Assembly (NCBI GenBank): GCA_030390025.1 | Contig: CM059429.1 | Location: forward strand, 80,538,001-80,602,000 | Origin: Squalus acanthias | Taxonomy: Eukaryota | Length of the DNA stretch: 64,000 nucleotides | Direction of reading: 5' to 3' | Shown here: one piece after another, positions 38,958 to 49,207 of the stretch | Layout of the letters: every line of letters starts with the position of its first letter | How positions within the stretch are numbered: position 1 is the stretch's first letter | Translations under genes and position numbers: made by a program | The notes under the pieces: model-generated | What the model was told of the DNA's origin: nothing | The model's database searches: none | What the model saw: the letters and a program-made list of their open reading frames with translations, nothing else

Positions 38958-41198
38958 ATAGAAATTAACAGGTTTGATCTAATAGCCATAACCGAGACGT
39001 GGTTGCAAAGTGGCCAATGTTGGGAACTAAATATTCCAGGATACATTATTTTTAGAAGGGATAGGCAAAATGGAAAAGGAGGAGGGGTAGCCCTGATAAT
39101 AAAGGATGGGATAAAGACAGTAGAGAGAAAGGATCTTAGCTCCAAAAATCAAGAAGTAGAATCAGTTTGGGTGGAGCTAAGAAACAACAAGGGGCAGAAA
39201 ACATTGGTGGGAGTTGTTTATTGGCCCCCAAACAGTAGTCGTAATGTAGGGCAGAGTATAAATCAGGAAATTAGAGGCGCATGTAACATGGGTAATACAG
39301 TAATCATGGGGGTCTTTAATTTACATATAGACTGGGCAAACCAAATTTGCAGTAATAGTGTGGAGGATGAATTCATGGAATGTATGCAAGATAGTTTTCT
39401 AGATCAGTATGTTGAGGAACCAACTAGGAAACAGGCTATTTTAGATCTAGTATTGTGCAATGAGAAAGGGTTAATTAATAACCTTGTAGTAAAGGGGCCT
39501 TTAGGGAAGAGTGACCATAATATGATAGAATTTTATATTGAGTTTGAAAGTGACTTAGTTAAATCCGAAACTAGGGTCTTAAATCTAAACAAAGCAAACT
39601 ACGTAGGTATGAGGGGCGAGCTGGCTAAGGTAGATTGGGAAACTACATTAAAAGGTATGACAGTGGACGAGCAATGGCTAGCATTTAAAGAATTAATACA
39701 TAATTTACAACAAAGATACATTCCTTTAAGGCACAAAAAACCCCACAGGAAAAGTGGTCCAACCGTGGTTAACAAGAGAAGTTAAAGATAGTATTAGATC
39801 AAAGGAAGAGGCTTATAATGTTGCCAAAAAGAGTAGTAAACCAGAGGATTGGGAGGATTTTAGAATTCAGCAAAGGAGGACCAAGAAATTGATAAAGAAA
39901 GGGAAAATAGAATATGAGCGTAAACTAGCGAGAGACATAAAAACAGACTGTAAAAGCTTCTATTGGTATGTAAAAAGGAAAAGATTAGCAAAAGTAAACG
40001 TGGGTCCCTTACAGGCTGAGCCAGGAGTAATTATAATGGGGAATAAGGAAATGGCAAAGAAATTAAACAAATACTTTGTGTCTGTCTTCACGGAAGATGC
40101 AAAAAACTTCCCGGAAATAGTGGAGAACCAAGGGACGAGCGAGAATGAGGAACTGAAAGAAATTAATATTAGTAAAAAAAGTAGTACTGGAGAAATTAAT
40201 GGGACTGAAAGCCAATAAATCCCCTGGACCTGATGGCCTACATCCTAGGGTTTTGAAAGAGGTGGCTATAGAGATAGTGGATGCATTGGTTGTCATTTTC
40301 CAAAATTCCATAGATTCTAGAAGGTAGCAAATGTAAACCCACTATTTAAGAAAGGAGGGAGAGAGAAAACGGAACTGCAGACCAGTTAGCCTGATATCAG
40401 TAGTAGGGAAAATGCTAGAATCTATTATTAAGGACGTGGTAACAGGGCACTTCGAAAATAATAATAGGATTGGGCAGAGTCAACACGGATTTATGAAAGG
40501 GAAATCGTGTTTGACAAATCTGTTAGAGTATTTTCAAGCTGTAACTAGCAGAATCGATAAGGGGGAACCAGTGGATGTGGTCTATTTGGATTTTCAGAAG
40601 GCATTCAATAAGGTGCCACATAAAAGGTTACTACACAAAATTAGGGCTCATGGGATCGGGGGTATTATACTATCATGGATTGAGGATTGGTTAACAGACA
40701 GAAAACAGAGAGTAGGAATAAACAGGTCATTTTCGGGTTGGCAGGCTGTAACTAGGGGGTACCGCAAGGATCAGTGCTTGGGCCTCAGCTATTCACAATC
40801 TACATCAATGATTTGGATGAGGGGAGCAAATGTAATATATCCAAGTTTGCTGATGATACAAAGCTGGGTGGGAATGTAAGTTGTGAGGAGGATGCAAGGG
40901 GATATAGACAGGCTAAGTGAGTGGGCAAGAACATGGCAAATGGAATATAATGTGGAGAAATGTGAAGTTATCCACTTTGGTAGGAAAAATAGAAAAACAG
41001 AGTATTTTTTAAATGGTGAGAGCTTGGGAAATGTTGGTGTTCAGAGGGACCTGGGTGTCCTTGTACACGAATCACTGAAAGTTAACATGCAGGTACAGCA
41101 AGCAATTAGGAAAGCAAATGGTATGTTGGCCTTTATTACAAGAGGATTTGAGTATAAGAGTAAAGACGTCTTACTGCAATTATATAGGGCCCTGGTGA
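38958..41198 (+). mobile_element. CR1 LINE ORF2 (endonuclease to RT), 3' end missing
   Basis: DLIAITETWL..GYIIFRRDR..GGGVAL, LDLVLCNE, LGKSDHN, QHGFMKGKSC; abuts a SINE fragment at 41199. Confidence 0.93.
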
Positions 41199-41410
41199 GT
41201 CCACAAAATCTAGGCTGACACTCCAGTGCAGTACTGAGGGAGTGCTACACTGTCGGAGGTTCCGTCTTTGGGATGAGACGTTAAACCGAAGCCCCGTCTG
41301 CTCTCTCAGGTGGATGTAAAAGATGCCGTGGCACTATTCAAGTAAGAGCTGGGGAGTTGTCACAGTGTGCATGGCAACATTTATCCCTGAACCAACATCT
41401 AAAAAACAGA
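41199..41410 (+). mobile_element. DeuSINE internal fragment
   Basis: caaaatctaggctgacactccagtgcagtactgaggg... matches the 32177 copy. Confidence 0.85.
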
Positions 41411-42019
41411 TGCGTCTAGAAATCAGGATTGCTAACTCTGTTTGGAGGCATTCCTGGAGGTTTGACCACGTGACACCTGATGTCTGATCACATGACGTCT
41501 ACAAATGTTACTGCATTCACCTTACAAAGATTGGGTCCCCTGTAGTTGAGTATCTTTGCTTGTGGTTTTGCGCCAACAGCTGTCGTACGAGGAATTCTGA
41601 AAACCAGGAGGCCTCCCGCAAGCCGGCAAAGAGAGGAAACCGAAGATGTGGGTGGGGGGTGATTCGCAGAGGAAAAACCAGAAGTGGGAGGAACTTTGAT
41701 TCCACCAGTAACTAATGGTAACTCACCGAAATTGCACTGAGGCCTAATAGTAATGCTGTTGTATTCTTCCTTTTCAAACAATTCGCCATTGCCTTCAAAT
41801 GATGCTCTAGTCGCTGCCTCATTAGCCACTTGTGGTGAAGCATCCCATGGCCTAATAGCTCTCAGTTTAAAAACCTTCCATCTATCTTCTCCCTTGGTTC
41901 TTCCAGTGAGAATCCTCGGTCTCCATACCCTTTTTCCCACCAGTAGAAACAATCTTTCACTATTTACCCACAGTGAGGTCCCCAGGTTTCATTCGCCCCT
42001 TTACGGGCTGCTCCTCTCG

Positions 42020-42219
42020 NNNNNNNNNNNNNNNNNNNNNNNNNNNNNNNNNNNNNNNNNNNNNNNNNNNNNNNNNNNNNNNNNNNNNNNNNNNNNNNNN
42101 NNNNNNNNNNNNNNNNNNNNNNNNNNNNNNNNNNNNNNNNNNNNNNNNNNNNNNNNNNNNNNNNNNNNNNNNNNNNNNNNNNNNNNNNNNNNNNNNNNNN
42201 NNNNNNNNNNNNNNNNNNN
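42020..42219. other. Assembly gap (200 N)
   Basis: Run of exactly 200 N; true size unknown. Confidence 0.99.
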
Positions 42220-42230
42220 CCCCCGGGTAC

Positions 42231-42806
42231 CTGGTACTTGGGCGCGTTGTTGCACTGCGGGAAGCTGCCGGCCGCCTCGCCGCTGTGCAGGAGGTTGTTG
42301 TCCACCAGGTTCCAGCCCCAGCTCTGGTCATCGCCGCCCAGCAGGGCCACGTAGCCCTGGCACTGGAGCGGGGCGCGCCGGGTGGCCACGCCGATGACGG
42401 CCACGGTGCCGAGCGGGCCCTCCCACCAGATCTCCCAGGCGTGGCGGCCCTCGCTGAAGCCGATGTGGGCGCGGGCGCCGTCCGTGCTCTGCGCGATGGG
42501 GTTGCGGTGCAGGGTGAAGCCGTTGCGCTTGATGTAGACGTTGCGGGAGCAGTCGGCCGAGCTCCAGGCGTGCCGCAGGGCCCGGGCCTTGGCCTTGTAG
42601 CTGCTCAGGTTGCACAGGATGTCCGAGCTCAGCGCCTCGTCGCTCAGCAGCCGGCCGCATACGCTCCGCCACACCTCGCTGTTCTCGTCCGCCTCCAGGC
42701 AGCGGTGCCAGTGGCGGCACACCAGGCCGCAGCTCAGCAGGTCGGGCGGCTCCAGATAGGAGAAGAGCAGCTCCAGCACCCGGGCCGGCAGCTTCCCCGC
42801 CGCCAT
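42231..42806 (-). CDS. FBXO45: F-box/SPRY domain protein 1 (FBXO45)-like; first coding exon, 192 codons; 3' exon not seen
   Basis: [18 protein letters not shown]... (F-box), then [28 protein letters not shown]...[13 protein letters not shown]...[14 protein letters not shown]...[11 protein letters not shown] (SPRY). Start context gaagATGgcg. Ends CAG|gtaccc at the known FBXO45 YQ|IG exon boundary. Ortholog versus paralog status is unresolved. Confidence 0.9.
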
Positions 42807-42840
42807 CTTCACTGGGCCCCGCGGCCTGCGCTGGGGGAGG

Positions 42841-43065
42841 CGTGCGCGGCCCCGCCACTCGCAGGCGTTCAACGTGCGCGGCCCCGCCACTCGCAGGCGT
42901 TCAACGTGCGCGGCCCCGCCACTCGCCGGCGTTCAACGTGCGCGTCCGTCCCCCACTCGCCGGCGTTCAACGTGCGCGGCCCCGCCACTCGCAGGCGTTC
43001 AACGTGCGCGTCCGTCCCCCACTCGCCGGCGTTCAACGTGCGCGTCCGTCCCCCACTCGCCGGCG
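42841..43065. repeat. CpG-rich minisatellite (about 7 units of 32 or 34 bp) at the 5' end of the FBXO45-like gene
   Basis: Units CGTGCGCGGCCCCGCCACTCGC(A/C)GGCGTTCAA and CGTGCGCGTCCGTCCCCCACTCGCCGGCGTTCAA, in the order A-A-A-B-A-B-B. Confidence 0.93.
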
Positions 43066-43153
43066 CGCTGCACGTCAGGGTGCGCACGTAGCCTGGCTCT
43101 TGCCAACCCTCCCGGATTGCCCGGGAGTCTACCGGAATTATTCATAAAATCAT

Positions 43154-43423
43154 GAGAAGTCGCACAACACCAGGTTATAGCCCAACAGTTTTATTTGAAA
43201 TCACAAGCTTTCGGAGCGTGATTTCAAATAAAACTGTTGGACTATAACCTGGTGTTATGTGACTTCTCATTTTTGTCCACCCCAGTCCAACACCGGCATC
43301 TCCGCAGAAGGAGCAGCGCTCCGAAAGCTCGTGATTTCAAATAAAACTGTTGGACTATAACCTGGTGTTGTGCGACTTCTCATTTTTGTCCACCCCAGTC
43401 CAACACCGGCATCTCCGCATCAC
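43154..43423. mobile_element. Penelope-like terminal repeats (one inverted and two tandem partial copies)
   Basis: Same family as 32652; flanking direct repeat AAAATCAT at 43146-43153 and 43424-43431. Confidence 0.8.
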
Positions 43424-45855
43424 AAAATCATAGAATGGTTACAGCACAGAAGGAGGCCATTCGGCTCGTCGAGGCTCTCTACAAGAGCACTTCAGCTAGT
43501 CCCACCATCCCCCCCCCCCGCCCTTTCCCCGTAGCCCTGCAAATTGTTTTCTTTCAGGTATTTATCCAACTCCCTTTTGAAAGCCACGATTGAGTCTGCC
43601 TCCACCACCCTTTCAGGCAGTGCATTCCAGATCATAACCACTCGCTGCGTAAAAAAGTTTTTTCTTACGTCGCCTTTGGTTCTTCTGCCAATCACCTTAA
43701 ATCTGTGTCCTCTGGTTCTCGACCCTTCTGCCAATGGGAACAGTTTCTCTCTATCGACTCTGTCCAGACCCTTTCATGATTTTGAACACCTCTATCAAAT
43801 CTCCTCTCAACCTTCTCTGCTCCAAGGAGAACAACCCCAGCTTCTCCAGTCTATCCACATAACTGAAGTCCCTCATCCCTGGAATTATTCTCGTAAATCT
43901 TTTCTGCACCCTCTCTAAGGCCTTCACATCCTTCCTAAAGTGTGGTGCCCGGAATTGGACACAATATTCCAGTTGGGGCCGAACCAGTGTTTTATACAGG
44001 TTCATCATAATTTCCATGCTTTTGCACTCTATACCTCTATTAATGAAGCCCAGGATCCCGTAAGTCTTTTAAACTGCTTTCTCAACCTGCCCTGCCACCT
44101 TCAATGATTTGTGCACATACACCCCCAGGTCTCTCTGTTCATGCACCCCCTTTAGGATTGTACCCTTTAGTTTATATTTCCTCTCCTCATTCTACAAAAA
44201 TGTATCACTTCACACTTTTCTGCATTCAATTTCATCTGCCACGTGTCCACCCTATAGGGGGTGATGTGGGGTCAGCCTTCACCTCTGACTCAGTGAGCGG
44301 TTCGAATCACTCCCACGCCCCTGGTTCTAGACCTTGGACTTATTTGGGGGTTGTGAACAAAGATGCAGTAGACAACAGGTTCTGATGAAAGAATTTTGAC
44401 TTTATTAAAAGAAAAAGGTAACAAACTTAAAACACACTTAACACTTAAACACAGGTTAGGGAACACACAGTACAGGCGAGGGAGAATGACAATATACAAA
44501 AAAAACGTATCCCTCCCAAAAATCCCACTATCTAGCTAGGTTTTGGTTTCAGGAGATCAGGGATAATGCTCACCAAACGAATCCTTGACAGTTGAGAGTT
44601 AGGGTTTAGAGTCTTTTGAGTAAAAGGTTTCGTAAGGCCCTTGTTGCCGCGAGGTGTCCGATGGGCACTGAGGCAGTCGCTCTGGTTTCTTCTTGCGTGT
44701 TGGTCTGCTTGTGAAGTTGTTGGCCTTCTTTCCTCCTCCTGCTCATGGCTTGTGGTGTCTTGCTGGAACAGAGCTGAGAGAGAGAGCTGTGCGAGCATTG
44801 AGAGCGTTGTCAGAGAGTCCAGAGAGAGAGAGTCTTGGGGGATTAGGCCCCCAATTATACTGTTCAGGCCCTTTGTCCTTTTCGCACCCAAAACCCCTTA
44901 CTAAATCGGTTTCCTTTAGATTTCAAATGAGCCCTGTTTATTCCATTGTCTTAGTTTTGGCGGGCTTGTAAGTTTCGATGGCTTTAACTTGGTGTTAAAC
45001 ATGTCCTGATGGCTTCCAATGTTTCCCATTTAGGCAGGGCCTTTATCTGCGCGCCAAATCTTGTCCCTATTGTCCTAGGTTTTTGGCGGGCTTGTAAATC
45101 TGTCCCTGTGGATACCTGGTTGATTGGTTTTTGATGAAGTAATCGGGGTACTAAATGTTTTATTGATTTCAGGCTTCTGGTATCCTGTTTGGGCCTGGGA
45201 ATTTCAAAAGAGGTCTTGGATTATTCATATTTCGATGTGTGTGTGATGTTTTGGGTTTGTCTCTTCCTCCTTGATAGGATTGCAGTGTAAACAATTCCCA
45301 GACAGCTTGATTGGGCCCCAATACCCAAAGCTGTCCACTGCCTCGCCACTCCCCTCCGCAGCCTGTCTTGTGTCTGTGAAAGGTGTCTTTCCCAACAGTA
45401 AGATTCAAAAGTCATTTTCCTCAGGGTTTTCCTTCCCTGATCTTTAAAATGTCCAAAACTGATGTTTTTACCTCAAATCACTTCACTTAGGTCCCATCAT
45501 CCCAAGTTTGTATGAAAGGTCCAAAAATCACACCCTTTAGGGTTCTGTTCGAGTTCCTGGGGGATTTTGTGAAGCCTACAATCCATTTCACCAGCCTGTC
45601 TATGTCCTCTTGAAGTCTATCACTATCCTCCTCACTGTTCACTATACTTCCAAGTTTTGTGTCAGCTGCAAATTTTGAAATTGTGCCCTGTACACCCACA
45701 TCCAAGTCATTAATATATATCAAGAAAAGCAGTGGTCCTAGAACCGACCCCTGGGGAACACCACTGTATACCTTCCTCCAGTCAGAAAAACAACCGTTCA
45801 CCACTATTCTCTGTTTCCTGTCATTTAGCTAATTTCGTATCCATCCTGCCACTGT
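43424..45855 (-). mobile_element. 5'-truncated CR1 LINE, interrupted by solo LTR copy 2
   Basis: ORF fragments at 43492-43734, 43751-44017 and 45487-45804; highly similar to 35101-37399. Confidence 0.92.
44253..45580 (-). mobile_element. Solo LTR, copy 2
   Basis: Colinear with 819-2208; ends TATAGG...CCTACA; 4-bp flanks ACCC/ATCC. Confidence 0.8.
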
Positions 45856-48800
45856 TTGTTTACTTGTTATAAAAATACCAGACATGGGGAAAAAGGCTGT
45901 TTGACTGACACAGAAGAATCATCCAATCGGGTAACAAAGAGTCTGTTCATTTTCCAATTGGCTGGGAAGGTGGTGCACCGCAAGGGTGGACATGTCGGGC
46001 AACCAATGGCGGGAGTGCGGGGGCAGTGCAGTTGGAGGCCGGAGGTGACGTGATGAAACCGCTAGGAAGATGTCCAATCAGAGTTGGCAACCCTAACGTT
46101 GACCCGCCATGTTCCCCGTGAGCGTGCACATGGCTGAAATAGCACACACTCAGCAAATCTGGATCAATTGCTAATCGGGTGGAGGAGGGACAATGACCGG
46201 CCGAGCTCATTTTTCAGGCATTTCATTTAATCTAAGAAAAACTGACAGAGCACAGCTAAAGAAAGCACCGAGAATTAGTAACAAGCCTTACAGACCAGAA
46301 GGGTCGAGCAAGTTAAAATAACTCACTCCTTGTGGGCACTGGGAGCTCGTACAGGAAACATGCGCACTTTCGGCCTGTGATCTTCCATCTTTAATGAACT
46401 GGGAATGTGCAATCTTTAACACTAATTTCCATCTGGGATCTATGCTGAGTTAACCTTGGCCTTTCGCCCCAGTGCCCCCAGGTTAGGGATCGCAGCAAAT
46501 ACCAAGCAGGGCTCCTTATAAATTAGCCTGACAGTCCTCACATTCTGTCCTCAAACGTGACAAATGGCCTCTTGAAGGTGGCAGCAATCTACTGATCTCC
46601 AGATTTTGAACTGCAAAACTGGTCCCTCTGAAGCCAACTAATTAACAACAGCAAACCTGCATTTATATAGCGACTTTAACATAAGAAAACATCTCAAGTC
46701 GCTTGAGCAGTTACCATCAGTGGGGTTACATAATCTCCATGTATTACACACTGCAGGTAAAGTGTACAAGGTGTGGATTGCATAGGGAGTAATACGAACA
46801 TATAAAATTGACGGGCAGGAAAGATCAAGCCTGTCCCACAACATGCTGGATGGAATTCTAAGGAAATCAAGGGATATGGGGGAAAGTAGAGTTGAGATTG
46901 AAGATCAGCCATAATCTTATTGAATGGTGCAGTAGGCTCGAGGGGCCGAATGGCCTACTCTTGTTCCTAATTCTGATGTTCTTAAAATCATGACTAAACA
47001 CTTTCCACCCCATTCCACCCCATCCCCGTCAACATTCCTCCCTCAACCAACATCACAAAACAGATTTTATGCTGTTTGTGGGATCTTGCTGTGCCACATT
47101 TGCCTACATTACAACAGTGACTACACTTCAAAAATACTTAATTGGCTGTAAAGCGTTTTGGGACGTCCTGAGGACATGAAAACGCAGAATAAATACAAGT
47201 TTGTTCTTTCTTGCTTGCATGATTTTGTTCAGCTGGAAGAAGTGGTCGGGGAGGGGGAAAGCATTAGTGACAAGGGACCAGAGTTTATGGTGGGCATCAA
47301 AAATTATGGCTTCAGTTTTCCCAATATTTATTTTAAGGAATTGTGATGTATCTAATATTTAACATTAGACAATCAACAGCGTGGAAGAAGTGGGGTGAAA
47401 AGAAGTAGAGATAGAGTTGGGTGTCATCAGCATACATGGAAGTTGACCCCATGCATGTGGATGCTATCACCAATTGGCAGCATATAGACAAGGAAGAGGA
47501 GGCCAAGGATAGTCCCTTGGGGGACTTGAGGTCATTGCTGGAGATAAGCTGGCTTGATCTGGATAATTAGGAATGGATCCACTCCAGCATAGTGTCATAG
47601 AGCCGGACAATGGAAAAGGGGCATTGAAGAGGATGGCACCCATGTCACACACTGCAGAGAAGACTAGGAGGGATAAAACACCAGGGTTACTCACAGCGGA
47701 TGTCAGTTGTGACTTTGGTTCGTGCCGTGCTGGACTAAAGAAATTTTAAACAGGAAGTTTAAATATATTTAGTCAAAATTAGTGGCAAGGGGGAATGTAG
47801 GCCAATTCAAAACAGATACAGGTGAGACTATAATGGGTAATAAGGAAATGGGAGAATTGTCAAATGAATACTTTACATCGTTTTCAAAGTAAAGGAAGAG
47901 GACTAAATACCAGGGGTACAAGGGAACCTAAAAATAAGTCATGGGGAGGAACTTGTTGGATTTAATGTAAGTAAAAAAAAAATAATGCAGCAAATAATGG
48001 GATTTAAGGTAGACAAATCTCCAGGACCTGATGGTTTCCACCCCAGGGTTTTAAAAGGAACAGGTGGGGAAATTGCAGATTTAGTCATAATTTTCTAGAT
48101 TCGAGAACTGTGCCATTGGATTGGAAAATTGCAAATGTCACTCCATTATTGAAGACAGGAGGGAGGGAGAAACCAGGAAACTACAGACCTGTCAATTTAA
48201 CGTCAGTTGTGGGGAAGTTATTGGAATTTATCATCAGGGACAGAGTGACTGAGCATTTGAACAAGTATGAGCTGACCAAAGAAAGTCAGCATGGATGTGT
48301 GAAGGGTCAGGCATGTCTGACTAATCTAGTTGAATTTTCTGAGGAGGTCACGAACATGGTGGATTGGGGAGTGTCCATGGATTTTATCTGTATGGACTAC
48401 CAGAAAGCATTTGATAAGGTTCTGCACAAGAGATTATTAGCAAAAATAAAACACACAGAATTGTAGGTAACCTTGTGACATGGGTTGGTAATTGGTTGGG
48501 AGATAGGAGACAGAGAGTAGGGATAAATGGACTGTACTCTGACAGGATGTGACAAGTGGTGTTCCCTGGGGATCTGTGCTGGAGCCTCAGCTTTTCACTA
48601 TATATATCAATGACTTGGATAAAGGAATAGAGAGGTGTATATCCCAAGTTAGCAGATGACACTAAGTTAGGAACCACAGTAAGTTGTGTAGAGCAGGAAG
48701 TTACAAAGGGACATAGACAGATCAAATGTATGGGCAAAACTGTGGAAGATGGAGTTCAATCTGGGGAAGTGAGGATACAAGAAAGTCAAATTGGAATATT

Positions 48801-49207
48801 TTCTTAACGAGAGTCTAGGAACTGTGGAGGAGAGAAGGGATTTGGGTATTCAGGTACACAAATCACTAAATGCTAATGCACAGGTACAGAAAGTAAACAA
48901 TGAGGCTAATGAAATGTTGGCCTTTATCTCAAGGGATTGGAATCCATAGGGGAAGAAGTGATGGTTCAGTTGTACACAGCCTTGGTCAGACCCCATCTGG
49001 TGTACAGCGTTCAGTTTTGGGCACCGCACCCCAGGAAGGATATATTGGCATTGGAGGGAGTACAGCGCAGATTCACCAGAATGATACCAAGGGTTAAATT
49101 ATGAGGACAGGTTGCATACACTTTGCTTGTAATCGTTTGACGTAAGAATGCTGAGGGGTGATCTAACTGAGGTGTTTAAAATGATAAAAGGATTCAATCG
49201 AGTAGTA

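Noticed and set aside
37568-39785. Long Gly/Trp- or Pro-rich ORFs (725, 525, 448 and 430 aa), one fused to an endonuclease domain
   Set aside because: They arise from the stop-free G/T satellite reading into a truncated CR1; no gene signals.
41973-43091. 372-aa plus-strand ORF
   Set aside because: Antisense shadow of the GC-rich FBXO45-like exon, extended through N's and tandem repeats.
43154-43423. Additional hammerhead ribozymes
   Set aside because: These Penelope copies are truncated before the CUGANGA half of the core.
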